Positions 30,579 through 40,721 of a stretch of DNA of 64,000 nucleotides are shown here, in pieces. The DNA is taken from positions 11,848 to 75,847 of the forward strand of contig DIYI01000011.1 of the NCBI GenBank assembly GCA_002428965.1. The letters run 5' to 3'. The notes under the pieces are model-generated. The model saw nothing but the letters and a program-made list of their open reading frames with translations. It was not told where the DNA came from and made no database searches. Source of the stretch: Jejuia sp. UBA6058 (lineage in GTDB: Bacteria > Bacteroidota > Bacteroidia > Flavobacteriales > Flavobacteriaceae). The number at the start of each line of letters is the position of its first letter. Position 1 is the first letter of the stretch. Position numbers and translations under genes: made by a program.

Positions 30579-30612
30579 AAAGAGCCTTGCATTTTCTAAT
30601 GTAGGGCTTTTT
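30579..30612 (+). terminator. Intrinsic terminator after ilvC
   Basis: AGAGCCTTGCATT-ttct-AATGTAGGGCTTTTT, imperfect stem plus U-run. Confidence 0.65.
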
Positions 30613-30683
30613 ATTTCTCTATCCATTAAGCTGTCTTTTAGAAATTTAACCCGTAACTTGCATTAGTGTTTTAATGTGCAAAG

Positions 30684-31949
30684 ATGAATAAGGAGCAAAC
30701 CAAATATTTTCCTAACCTTGATGATGTCAAAAAAGCAGCTGATGTAATTAAAGATGTTGCTACTGTGACACCGTTAACAAAGAATTTAAGGTATTCTAAA
30801 TTATTTAATGCCAATATTCACTTCAAAAGGGAAGATCTGCAACAGGTACGTTCTTATAAAATTCGGGGGGCGTACAATAAAATAAGTTCGCTTTCGAAAG
30901 CTGAATCTGAAAAGGGGGTTGTTTGCGCAAGTGCCGGAAATCATGCACAAGGCTTTGCGTTATCCTGTAAGATATTGCAGATTATGGGAACTATTTTTAT
31001 GCCTACTCCAACGCCAAATCAAAAACTAGAGCAGGTTAGAATGTTTGGTGAAGATTTTATCGAAATAAGACTGGTTGGAGATACTTTTGACGATGCGTTT
31101 TATGCGGCTAAGGAAGAGTGCGATCGTTTGAATAAAATATTCATTCATCCGTTTAATGACGAAAAAATTATTGAAGGGCAAGCTACAGTAGGACTCGAAA
31201 TTCTAGAGCAAACAAAAGAGCCCATAGATTATTTGTTTATTCCTGTGGGCGGTGGTGGACTCTCAGCTGGGGTATCATCTGTGTTTAAATTACTTTCACC
31301 AAGTACAAAAATTATTGGTGTTGAGCCCGAAGGTGCGCCATCTATGACGGTTTCAATACAAAATAATAAAAATACTACTATTCCTCATATAGAAAAATTT
31401 GTTGATGGTGCTGCGGTAAAACGTGTAGGTGATTTAACGTTTCCTATTTGTAAACAGAATTTAGATAATATGATGACCGTTCCTGAGGGGAAAATTTGTC
31501 AGACTATTTTAGATCTATATAATCGTGACGCTATAGTTGTAGAACCTGCAGGAGCATTGAGTTTAGCGGCTTTAGATTTTTACGCAGAAGATATTAAGGG
31601 TAAAACCGTTGTATGCGTTGTAAGTGGTAGTAATAATGATATAACACGAACCGCCGAAATTAAAGAACGTGCACTACTGTACAAGAATTTAAAGCATTAC
31701 TTTATTGTGAAGTTTCCACAGAGAGCAGGAGCTTTAAAAGAATTTGTGGTTGATATTTTGGGGCCGAATGATGATATTACACATTTTGAATATACCAAAA
31801 AGACCAATAGAGAAAATGGAGCGGCAGTAGTGGGTATCGAGTTGAAATCTTCAAAAGATTTGGCTCCATTAATAGCCAAAATGAAGGCACGAAAATTTTA
31901 TGGAGAATACTTAAATGATTCGCCAGATTTATTTCAATTTTTGGTTTAA
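30684..31949 (+). CDS. ilvA: Threonine dehydratase (biosynthetic, short form)
   Basis: PLP motif KREDLQQVRSYKIRGAYN, SAGNHAQG, PVGGGGL; C-terminal ACT FPQRAGALKEF. Confidence 0.96.
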   Translation: MNKEQTKYFPNLDDVKKAADVIKDVATVTPLTKNLRYSKLFNANIHFKREDLQQVRSYKIRGAYNKISSLSKAESEKGVVCASAGNHAQGFALSCKILQIMGTIFMPTPTPNQKLEQVRMFGEDFIEIRLVGDTFDDAFYAAKEECDRLNKIFIHPFNDEKIIEGQATVGLEILEQTKEPIDYLFIPVGGGGLSAGVSSVFKLLSPSTKIIGVEPEGAPSMTVSIQNNKNTTIPHIEKFVDGAAVKRVGDLTFPICKQNLDNMMTVPEGKICQTILDLYNRDAIVVEPAGALSLAALDFYAEDIKGKTVVCVVSGSNNDITRTAEIKERALLYKNLKHYFIVKFPQRAGALKEFVVDILGPNDDITHFEYTKKTNRENGAAVVGIELKSSKDLAPLIAKMKARKFYGEYLNDSPDLFQFLV

Positions 31950-32138
31950 ACCTATAATTGGTTAGTCTGTATCCAAATCCAAACTTCCAGTACATATTGA
32001 AGAAATTACGCAAACGATTTAGTTAGTTTTTGCTCTGTTTTTGTCCTTAAAAATTTATTTTGTTAAGGTTTTGTCGACTTTTATAATGACGTTTAAGCCC
32101 ATTATTAAATATCTTAGCACTACTAAAAACTAAATAAA

Positions 32139-33731
32139 ATGAGTAAAACACTAGCAAAAATACCTGAACCGTATCAAATTGATACGCTTTTGCATCAAAC
32201 CACATATTTGGTTGATGGAGAATTGAAACAATGGAATGGGGATACTGCCGAAATTTATTCCACCATTTCGTCAACTACAGATTATAAACCCACCTTATTA
32301 GGAACCATTCCTCAATTAGGAGGAGATGAAGCGCTAGAAGCTTTGAATTCTGCCGTCTCCGCTTATGATAATGGAAAAGGACTCTGGCCTACAATGAAGG
32401 TAGAAGATCGTATTGCTTGTATGGAAACCTTCGTGGAACAAATGAAAACGAAGCGTGATGAGGTAGTTAAACTCTTAATGTGGGAGATTGGGAAGAATTT
32501 ATCAGATTCTGAAAAGGAATTTGATAGAACGGTTGAATACATATATGATACTATTGAAGCGTACAAACAAATTGACAGAGATTCGGCTAGATTCGAGAAA
32601 AATTCTGGGGTGTATGCCCATATTCGTCGGGGGCCTTTGGGAGTGGTACTATGTTTAGGGCCTTATAACTACCCCCTTAATGAAACCTTCTGTTTATTGA
32701 TTCCTGCCCTAATGATGGGTAATACAACCATATTTAAGCCTGCGAAATTAGGTGTACTTTTAATTTCTCCTTTATTAGAGGCGTTCCAAAATAGTTTTCC
32801 AAAAGGAGTCGTAAATATTGTATATGGACGCGGACGTGTTTTAGCAACACCTATGATGGAGTCTGGTAAAATTGATGTTTTGGCATTAATTGGCAATAGT
32901 AAATCCGCAAATGCATTGCAGGGTCAACACCCTAAAGGTAATAGGTTGCGTATGGTTTTAGGATTAGAGGCTAAGAACCCTGCTATTGTATTACCAGATG
33001 CAGATTTAGATTTGGCAGTTGATGAATGTATTGCAGGTACTTTATCGTTCAACGGACAGCGTTGTACTGCTTTAAAGGTGCTGTATGTGCATGAATCTAT
33101 TGTAGAAGAATTCAATAGAAGATTTGCCTACAAGGTAGATCAATTAAAATTCGGAAATCCATGGGATGATGGCGCAAAATTAACCCCGCTTCCTGAAGTT
33201 GATAAACCTTTCTATATTCAGGAATTGATAGATGACGCTAAAGAAAAAGGTGCAGTTATCTTGAATAAAAAAGGAGGTGAAACTTCGGAAAACTTCATCT
33301 TTCCTGCGGTATTATTTCCAGTAACCAAAGATATGAGAGTGTTTCAAGAGGAACAGTTTGGGCCCGTAATTCCGGTCGTACCGTTTTCTGATATTGAAGA
33401 GCCTTTGGATGATATGGCAGAATCAGATTATGGACAGCAAGTAAGCTTATTTGGCAAAAATGTAACAACACTTTCTCCGTTAATTGATACGTTGGTAAAT
33501 CTAGTGTGTCGCGTAAACCTAAATAGCTCTTGTCAACGTGGTCCAGACGTATATCCGTTTACAGGAAGAAAAGATTCCGCAGTAGCAACCTTAAGTGTTA
33601 CAGATGCATTACGTTCGTTCTCCATTAGGACTTTTGTGGCATCAAAAGACAATGAATATAACAATGCGATTTTAAATGAGTTATTAGATAAAAAGACTTC
33701 TAATTTTATTAGTACCGATTATATTTTGTAG
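32139..33731 (+). CDS. gapN: NADP-dependent non-phosphorylating glyceraldehyde-3-phosphate dehydrogenase (ALDH superfamily)
   Basis: [22 protein letters not shown], catalytic [26 protein letters not shown] assignment is secure; GapN specificity comes from family resemblance. Confidence 0.75.
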   Translation: MSKTLAKIPEPYQIDTLLHQTTYLVDGELKQWNGDTAEIYSTISSTTDYKPTLLGTIPQLGGDEALEALNSAVSAYDNGKGLWPTMKVEDRIACMETFVEQMKTKRDEVVKLLMWEIGKNLSDSEKEFDRTVEYIYDTIEAYKQIDRDSARFEKNSGVYAHIRRGPLGVVLCLGPYNYPLNETFCLLIPALMMGNTTIFKPAKLGVLLISPLLEAFQNSFPKGVVNIVYGRGRVLATPMMESGKIDVLALIGNSKSANALQGQHPKGNRLRMVLGLEAKNPAIVLPDADLDLAVDECIAGTLSFNGQRCTALKVLYVHESIVEEFNRRFAYKVDQLKFGNPWDDGAKLTPLPEVDKPFYIQELIDDAKEKGAVILNKKGGETSENFIFPAVLFPVTKDMRVFQEEQFGPVIPVVPFSDIEEPLDDMAESDYGQQVSLFGKNVTTLSPLIDTLVNLVCRVNLNSSCQRGPDVYPFTGRKDSAVATLSVTDALRSFSIRTFVASKDNEYNNAILNELLDKKTSNFISTDYIL

Positions 33732-33738
33732 CTATTTT

Positions 33739-34485
33739 ATGAGAATTGCAGTATTACTTTGTTTTATTCTATTCATTTCGAAATCGTCATCGGAAAAGAT
33801 ATTCGAAGGAGAGTTGATTTATCGTCATAATATGAAAGTGGGTTCTATTGATTTTTCAAATTCAGAAAAATATTTTGACACATTAAAAATCATTTATGGA
33901 AATAAGAACTACATAAAAATTAAAAACTCAACGGAGTACGAAAAAGTAATCTTTATTGATTCTTTGAGAAAAGAATATGTCATTTATAAAGACAATTTAA
34001 GTAAATCAAAGAGTCTATCAATGAACGAGGATAACTTGAATTATGGTAAACTTTATAATAGAGAAAACTCCCATTTTGGAATAGTAATATCTTTAAATAG
34101 ATCAGATACGGTTATGAACTTTAGAAACAAGACTTATAACTTTAAGAAGCTTTTAGTTCAAAGAAAGTATGGTTATGAAACTTACGTGTTTTCTGATAGT
34201 GATAGTTTAAAACTTACTGACAATAGGAATATTTTAAGGAAAATGGGGGAACAAATTCATCCTAAGGAAATAGCATTTGAAATAGATAATTCTATACTTT
34301 ATTATTATAAGTTAAGAGCAAAAAATTCTGATGTGTCGAAAGAATTCAGGTTAGTCGATATAAAGAATGATGAACTTGACGATACGACCTTTAAAATTCC
34401 AGCGCATAAGGATGCTAAAGGTTTTAAAAAGGAAAATAGAAAGAATGGAAGGTTTAAATTTTATGAATTGGAAAATCAAAAGTAA
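33739..34485 (+). CDS. Hypothetical exported protein, DUF4412/GLPGLI-fold-like
   Basis: Signal-like N-terminus; FEGELIY start and LDDTTFKIP end resemble DUF4412-type proteins; strongly AT-rich. Confidence 0.5.
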   Translation: MRIAVLLCFILFISKSSSEKIFEGELIYRHNMKVGSIDFSNSEKYFDTLKIIYGNKNYIKIKNSTEYEKVIFIDSLRKEYVIYKDNLSKSKSLSMNEDNLNYGKLYNRENSHFGIVISLNRSDTVMNFRNKTYNFKKLLVQRKYGYETYVFSDSDSLKLTDNRNILRKMGEQIHPKEIAFEIDNSILYYYKLRAKNSDVSKEFRLVDIKNDELDDTTFKIPAHKDAKGFKKENRKNGRFKFYELENQK

Positions 34486-34568
34486 AAGACTGAAATGAGA
34501 ATTACTTTTTTCAAAAGTTCATTTCCTTTCAATGACTAAAATCATACATAAATCCCACAAGTAATAAT

Positions 34569-34576
34569 TATCTTTG
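34569..34576 (+). promoter_or_regulatory. -7 promoter element TATCTTTG for azurin
   Basis: Exact TAnnTTTG 33 nt upstream of ATG 34610. Confidence 0.55.
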
Positions 34577-34609
34577 TAATAATAGTAAAATCAATTAAAA
34601 GCATAACGC

Positions 34610-35128
34610 ATGAAAAGCATTAAATTTCTATTTACAGGGTTGTTGATGGCAACACTTTTATTCAATTGTGGAGGAGATAAAAAGAAAGAAGAACCAGAGG
34701 AAAAGATGACTTTAGGAGGTTCTAAAACAGAAGAAAAGAAAGTAGATTCTAATGTAGCAGAATTGGTTCTTGTTGGTGATGATATGATGAAATTCAACAC
34801 TAATGAACTTAAAGTAAAAGCAGGACAAAAAGTAAAATTAACTTTACGCCATAAAGGAAAAATGGATGTTAATGTGATGGGACATAACTTTGTGCTTTTA
34901 AATCAAGGTGTGGACCTAATGGCTTTTGGAACCAAAGCAGCAATAGCTAGAGACACTAAATATATCCCAGCTGACTCCAAGGCTGATATCATTGTGCATA
35001 CTGAACTTATTGGAGGCGGGCAAACCACATCAATCGAGTTTGATGCTCCTGCAGCTGGAACGTATGACTTCTTATGTAGCTTCCCAGGACATTATGCCCT
35101 AATGAAGGGTAAGTTTATTGTAGAATAA
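34610..35128 (+). CDS. azu: Azurin (lipoprotein blue-copper protein)
   Basis: Lipobox LFNC; type-1 Cu ligands MGHNFV and CSFPGHYALM; GDDMMKFNTNELKV. Confidence 0.93.
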   Translation: MKSIKFLFTGLLMATLLFNCGGDKKKEEPEEKMTLGGSKTEEKKVDSNVAELVLVGDDMMKFNTNELKVKAGQKVKLTLRHKGKMDVNVMGHNFVLLNQGVDLMAFGTKAAIARDTKYIPADSKADIIVHTELIGGGQTTSIEFDAPAAGTYDFLCSFPGHYALMKGKFIVE

Positions 35129-35146
35129 GCTGTTTTATAAAAAGTT

Positions 35147-35182
35147 AAAAGGGCAGAAAAATTTAGTTTTTCTGCCCTTTTT
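35147..35182. terminator. Bidirectional intrinsic terminator
   Basis: AAAAGGGCAGAAAAA-tttag-TTTTTCTGCCCTTTTT between convergent genes. Confidence 0.88.
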
Positions 35183-35204
35183 AGTTTGCTTAGTTTAGTA
35201 ATAA

Positions 35205-37163
35205 TTACTTCACAATAACTTTAGTCAACATCGTCAAATAATGGCCAGGGAACGTACAAACTATCCAATATTCTCCAGATTCGCTTGGAGATGTGAAATA
35301 GATAGTTTCGTTACTTTCAGGACCTACAGTGCCAGTATGCGCCAGAACCAAATCACTAAAGGGCACATAGTTTAAATCGGGGCCATCAAGACCTAATCCT
35401 AGAGCATCTTGTCCTACTTTTAGAGCTACTTCTTTTCCGGGTTGGCTAGTGAGAACAACGTTGTGAATCATGTCGTCATTGTTGTTCAACGTTAATTCAA
35501 TTTTGCTATTTCTATTAATTGTAATTTCTTGAAGATCGTATTTTAATCCAGGAACAGTTCCAATCACTACTTTTTCATCAGCTCCTGCTTCTCCCCACGC
35601 ACTTGGGATAACGTTTACGCGTTTTGGTTGTTCCACTTTTGATTCTGAGGAAGTCGTTGCCATTTGCATAGATTTAAGTTCACCATCAGGCACTTCATTC
35701 AAAGTATAGTACGCTTTTTTATGCAAGAGCTTTTCACCTGTAGTTGCTGTTAGAGACGGAAGTTCCAATTGATGGATATACCCCAATCGCATACCATGAA
35801 TAGTCAATTTTACGGTAAAGCCATCATCCGAAACTTCAGCTTTATGAATCATCGCATTTTGCTGATCAATAATAGGGCTACCATAGGTTTTATGGTATTT
35901 ATAGTTAAACGTTACCATCTTATAGTTTGAAATATCTTCGGCTTGGGCTTTGTTTATGGGTTTAGTGAATTCCAATTCAAAACCATCATCTTTGGCTTTC
36001 ATGGTTTTAATTTCAAAAGGTGTTTTTCCTGTCCAAACCAAACGTTGTAAACCAAATTCATCAGTACCTGTAGATGTCCAACCTCTGCTCGTCATACCAA
36101 CAAACATACTGTTGTCACTTCCCCAAATCATTCTTAATATTCCAGATGAAAACCCCTCAACAAATGGGAACGCGACACCTTGATATACGCCATTTACCTT
36201 TTCCATATAAACGCGCATAATTTTACTATGTCCTTGGTCGCCTATAAACTGTTGGCCTTCGAATGGGCCAAATTTACCTCCAGTAGTATCATATAAAATA
36301 TCAGACGTAGAAATACCTAAAATAGTATGAGGAAACCAAATAGCAGGAGCCTTTAATTCTTTTTCTTTTTTAGCATACTCGTATAATGTTAACCCTGAAT
36401 TATCTTCAATATCTTCGGGTTTTAAAGTAAGAGGAGACTTTGGATCATCACTCCATTTTAAACCTGATGGATGACCTGCAAAATCTCCAGGTTCTAAGTG
36501 GGTCATTCTACCCGAACCTACCCAATCGCCTTGATTTTCAGTATAGAAGTAATCTCCTTCATTGTTAATTCCAAATCCTGCAGGTGAGCGCAAACCTGTT
36601 GCAATCGGTGTCATTTCTCCTTCTGGAGTTATCTTTAACATCCATCCACGCCATCGCACAGGGCTCTGTCCACCATTTATCCACGCCAAGTTCAACGTTA
36701 CTATCATATCACCATTTGTAGTGAATTTTGGTCCATACGAGTAACCATGATAATTACCTGATAGAGGCCAAGAATAAATGGTGTTATAAACATCAGCTTC
36801 ATCATCATCATTTTTGTCCTCTAAACGCGTTAATTCTCCGCGTTGAGCTAGATAGAAACTCCCATCTCTATAAGCCAACCCAAGAGCCTCATGTAAGCCA
36901 TGAGCAAACAATTTGTAATTTGGAGTACTGCTATATGGATCGTCTATTAGCCAAACTTCCCCTCGACGTGTGGAAACGCCCAATTTATCATCCTCTGTTA
37001 AGGCTAAACCACCTACTTCTAAAGTAACATCATCTGGAATAGGAACATCTACTATTTTATAATATTCAGCTTCTTTTTCTTGAATAGTTTTAGATTGACC
37101 AAAAGCAATTTGACCAATACATAAGCATAAAATAACATACGAGATTTTTAATACGTTTTGCAT
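35205..37163 (-). CDS. Beta-propeller (sorbosone/glucose dehydrogenase-like) fused to a C-terminal auracyanin/azurin-type cupredoxin
   Basis: Signal peptide; propeller motifs AHGLHEALGL, ATGLRSPAGF, ENQGDW; Cu ligands MIHNVV and CTFPGHYLTM; no CxxCH motif. Confidence 0.8.
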   Translation of the reverse strand: MQNVLKISYVILCLCIGQIAFGQSKTIQEKEAEYYKIVDVPIPDDVTLEVGGLALTEDDKLGVSTRRGEVWLIDDPYSSTPNYKLFAHGLHEALGLAYRDGSFYLAQRGELTRLEDKNDDDEADVYNTIYSWPLSGNYHGYSYGPKFTTNGDMIVTLNLAWINGGQSPVRWRGWMLKITPEGEMTPIATGLRSPAGFGINNEGDYFYTENQGDWVGSGRMTHLEPGDFAGHPSGLKWSDDPKSPLTLKPEDIEDNSGLTLYEYAKKEKELKAPAIWFPHTILGISTSDILYDTTGGKFGPFEGQQFIGDQGHSKIMRVYMEKVNGVYQGVAFPFVEGFSSGILRMIWGSDNSMFVGMTSRGWTSTGTDEFGLQRLVWTGKTPFEIKTMKAKDDGFELEFTKPINKAQAEDISNYKMVTFNYKYHKTYGSPIIDQQNAMIHKAEVSDDGFTVKLTIHGMRLGYIHQLELPSLTATTGEKLLHKKAYYTLNEVPDGELKSMQMATTSSESKVEQPKRVNVIPSAWGEAGADEKVVIGTVPGLKYDLQEITINRNSKIELTLNNNDDMIHNVVLTSQPGKEVALKVGQDALGLGLDGPDLNYVPFSDLVLAHTGTVGPESNETIYFTSPSESGEYWIVCTFPGHYLTMLTKVIVK

Positions 37164-37179
37164 GATTAATTAGTTTTAG

Positions 37180-39123
37180 TTACCAGATAATACTATAGTT
37201 AATACTACTGTTTCCTTCGGGAATTTTAACCAATAATTCCATTTTGTCGTTAATATTTCTTATTTCAGGTTTTAAATTATTTCCTGAAAAATCGATATAA
37301 TAACTTTCGTTATTGATAACATATACATTATCTGGTAGAACTTTTATGCTGTCACCATCGGCAATTTTGTGCCATAAATTTCTTGCTTTAGAAATTGTAA
37401 CAGATTTTTTTAATTGGCGCGTACCCTCTGGAACCGAAAACTTATTGGTGATAACAGTGGGTCCGATTTTATATGAGAATGCCGGCATTCTAGAATTATC
37501 TAATTCATACCCCAATTGTTTGAAACCTTCATTTTCTGGGAGAGGTACGGGCCATGGGGTGTTCACTGTCTCTAAAGGAGCAAACTCTAAATCTCCGTGC
37601 ATTGAAATTGCTAAACCTATTGGTTCTCCAGATTGTTTAAAACCTCTTGATAGCCACATATGGGTTGTATTCAAAAAAGAGCCACTCCAAACTTTTAATA
37701 AAGACCCTGTTGCCAAATTATAAGAGTAATGCACGCCTTGAGGGGAGCCTACCGAAATACAATGTGTGTACTTTTCGTCTTTATGGTGCACAAAACTACG
37801 TTGCATTATTGGTTTGTCTTTAGGTTCTACAATAATACCTTTTAGGGGGTCAAAGTCTCCTACATTTTTTGAAACACCTTCAAATAATGAATAACGCTGC
37901 ATTTCTGGTCCTTCCACAAATAAATTGCACCCTCTGGACCAAGGCGCATGCTGGTTGTACACTACCGTAAAAGGAATATTCCCTTTTTCTAAGGTAATTT
38001 TGTTAAAACCAAATTGATCTCTACTATTATTAAAACGAAATACTTTTTTGTCATTTAAATAGAACTCTGCGATGCCTGTAGTTTGACTAGAAAAAAGATA
38101 GTCTCCAGATTTAGGAATGGATAGTATGCCTGAAAAGGCAACCATTTTTCTTTCTCTTTTGCTGGTTATATCATTTAAGGACAAAGTATTTACTTTTTCT
38201 TCCTTAACCTTGACAATTGTATCTAGGCTCCCTATTGTTTTGCCAGGACTTTCATATTCCGTTCTAACTAGATTGGTAACACCAATTTTTTTGTCGTCAT
38301 AAAGTTTGTATCTGATATTTTTAAATGCAACTGGTCCATGATCACCTTGAATCATTAAAGGTCCTGTAGCTCGTTCATCAGCATTGGTGCCTCCTCCACG
38401 AGTTGGGCCACTCAAATCCACATTTTCATGAATTAAAAACCCGTTTAACCAAACCTTTTCAAACCATGCATTTTTAATTTTTTTACCAGTATTATTGAAC
38501 TTTGGAGCATGAAAAATAACTTTTAAATGTTGCCATAGCCCAGGAGCCTTGGCAGCGTTAACTCTAGGGGAATAACCTTCATAACCCTCCTCTCCTTTTG
38601 GCGCTTCCTTATTCCAACGTTGATAAATACCACCCATATCTGCGTATTTGGGGTTTTCTACATTCCAGCTATCAAAGATTTGTACTTCGTAACGACTTTG
38701 GAAGTACAGACCAGAATTGGATCCTACAGGAATCATGACATCTAACTCCAATTCTATATCGCCATGTTCAAAAGGTGTAAATAAATTTTTATTCTTACCT
38801 TTTTCTTGATCGTTTTTATTTAAAAGAATACCCGTTCCTTCGGCGGCGGTAATTGTCTTTTTAGCATTTCTGTCTGTAATTACCTCACCAACAATTTTCC
38901 AGTTTGCTCCTGCTGGTTGAAAACTAGTTAGATTATTTAGCTCTATTTTTGTGAAAGGTAAATAATCTTTTGGGCTATTGGTGTTTTCTTTTTTTGTTGG
39001 AGCTTGAGTAAAAATTACCTCTTCCTCCTTTTTACATGATGAAAAAAAAGTAAAACAAATTGAGATAAATACAAAAAATAAATATCTCATCCTTTGTATT
39101 TTAATTAGGTTGTGCTTTTTCAT
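37180..39123 (-). CDS. Lipoprotein with DUF1080 (3-keto-disaccharide hydrolase) domain, PA14-like domain and C-terminal domain
   Basis: Lipobox FSSC; GSNSGLYFQSRYEVQIFDS, PGLWQHLKVIF, LMIQGDHGPVAFKNIRYK; PA14-like FSGILSIPKSGDYLF. Alternative start at 39090. Confidence 0.82.
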   Translation of the reverse strand: MKKHNLIKIQRMRYLFFVFISICFTFFSSCKKEEEVIFTQAPTKKENTNSPKDYLPFTKIELNNLTSFQPAGANWKIVGEVITDRNAKKTITAAEGTGILLNKNDQEKGKNKNLFTPFEHGDIELELDVMIPVGSNSGLYFQSRYEVQIFDSWNVENPKYADMGGIYQRWNKEAPKGEEGYEGYSPRVNAAKAPGLWQHLKVIFHAPKFNNTGKKIKNAWFEKVWLNGFLIHENVDLSGPTRGGGTNADERATGPLMIQGDHGPVAFKNIRYKLYDDKKIGVTNLVRTEYESPGKTIGSLDTIVKVKEEKVNTLSLNDITSKRERKMVAFSGILSIPKSGDYLFSSQTTGIAEFYLNDKKVFRFNNSRDQFGFNKITLEKGNIPFTVVYNQHAPWSRGCNLFVEGPEMQRYSLFEGVSKNVGDFDPLKGIIVEPKDKPIMQRSFVHHKDEKYTHCISVGSPQGVHYSYNLATGSLLKVWSGSFLNTTHMWLSRGFKQSGEPIGLAISMHGDLEFAPLETVNTPWPVPLPENEGFKQLGYELDNSRMPAFSYKIGPTVITNKFSVPEGTRQLKKSVTISKARNLWHKIADGDSIKVLPDNVYVINNESYYIDFSGNNLKPEIRNINDKMELLVKIPEGNSSINYSIIW

Positions 39124-39346
39124 GATCTTTTTTTAGTACTCTTTAGGCAAATATCCTCAAAAAACCTTCGTTATAAAGTATCTATCAATAAGGTGCAGAT
39201 TTACTTAAAGTATAGTGAAAAATTACTAATTCGAGTTGTTGGTGTTGTCTTAAAGCTCTGTAAAAATGTATAAATTTAAGGTAAGAGATGTGCATAATTA
39301 TTCACTGAAATATATTATACATGTTGCTCTTCTAAGATATTATAGA

Positions 39347-40714
39347 CTACTCTTCAAAAATATGTTTAAGAATAATTTGTTGTACTTCTGTTGCGTTAAT
39401 TACATTATTTTGATGATTTTTTGATTGCACTAAAATTGGGTAATAGTCTTCTTCGATATTCACTGTGCCATGCGATCCTTTAATTAGTGATGCATCTAAA
39501 GGAATTACATCCATCATGGTTCGAAAACCAAGTTTCTTTTTTATTAGCTTCATCATGATGCGAAGTTTTATCATCGTTTTCTTGGGGTCGGTAAACATTT
39601 CTACAGGATCGTAACCTGGTTTTTTGTGTATATCCACATTTCTAGCAAAATCTGGGGCCTTTTTATCGTCTAACCAATAATAATATGTAAACCAGAAATC
39701 TTTATCCGCAACTAGTACCAAATCTCCAGAGCGTTCATGATTTATATGATGTTTTTCTTGTTCTTTCTTATCAAGAGTTAGCTCTATTTCAGGAAATGAT
39801 TGCAAAAGTTTTTTAATTTCAGACACATCATTTTTATCATCAATATACACATGGGCAATTTGATGATCGGACATGGCAAATGCTTTACTTATACCTGTGT
39901 CTAGAAGTTCTAAACCATTTTCCTCCCTAATTTTAATGTAGTTATATTTTCGTAAAACTCTGTTAATATGGAAAGGTGCTTTTACGGGATTTATACCATA
40001 CTCTGATAGTAAAATAATCTTAACATTTTGAGATTCGTAAAATTCAATTAAGTCTTTACAAACAACATCTAACTCCTCAAGATTTTCTAATATAGTTTTT
40101 TCATCATTTGTTTTTTGAAGTACATAATCTAAATGGGGTAGATAAATGAGTTGTAAAGTTGGACTGTGCCAATTATGGACTAATTTTGAAGCATCTGCAA
40201 TCCATTTAGTGGATTTTATTGTTGTATTTGGTCCCCAAAAATTAAACAAAGGAAATGTACCTAATTTCTGTTGTAATCTATCTCTTAAGTCCTCTGGTTT
40301 CGAATAGCAGTCTGGTTTTTTTTGTCCGTCAGATCTATATTGAGGACGAGGTGTTACATTGAAATCTGAATTAGAGTACATATTATACCACCAAAACATA
40401 TTGGAACAGGTGAAATTAGGATTTTTTTCTTTGGCAATATCCCAAATTTTAGGACCCTCCACTAAATGATTAGATTGTCTCCAAAGCTTTACTTCACATT
40501 CATCTTTGAAGTACCAGCCGTTGGCAACAATACCATGTTCATTAGGCCATTTCCCAGTTAAATATGTTGTTTGAGCTGCACAAGTAACTGCGGGTAAAAC
40601 AGGTTTTATTTTGGAGAGTTTATGTTTTTTAATCCACTTAGTTAAAAATAAATTATCAAATTTCAGCAGATTGCTAGATAAACCTACGATATCAATTACT
40701 ACTGTTTGATGCAT
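39347..40714 (-). CDS. eboF: EboF, nucleotide pyrophosphatase/alkaline phosphatase family
   Basis: VVIDIVGL, nucleophile region PAVTCAAQTTYLTG, IYLPHLDY, LLSEYG, PGYDPVE, KGSHG. ATG at 40714 preferred (ORF track start 40741). Confidence 0.88.
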   Translation of the reverse strand: MHQTVVIDIVGLSSNLLKFDNLFLTKWIKKHKLSKIKPVLPAVTCAAQTTYLTGKWPNEHGIVANGWYFKDECEVKLWRQSNHLVEGPKIWDIAKEKNPNFTCSNMFWWYNMYSNSDFNVTPRPQYRSDGQKKPDCYSKPEDLRDRLQQKLGTFPLFNFWGPNTTIKSTKWIADASKLVHNWHSPTLQLIYLPHLDYVLQKTNDEKTILENLEELDVVCKDLIEFYESQNVKIILLSEYGINPVKAPFHINRVLRKYNYIKIREENGLELLDTGISKAFAMSDHQIAHVYIDDKNDVSEIKKLLQSFPEIELTLDKKEQEKHHINHERSGDLVLVADKDFWFTYYYWLDDKKAPDFARNVDIHKKPGYDPVEMFTDPKKTMIKLRIMMKLIKKKLGFRTMMDVIPLDASLIKGSHGTVNIEEDYYPILVQSKNHQNNVINATEVQQIILKHIFEE

Positions 40715-40721
40715 ACTAAAC

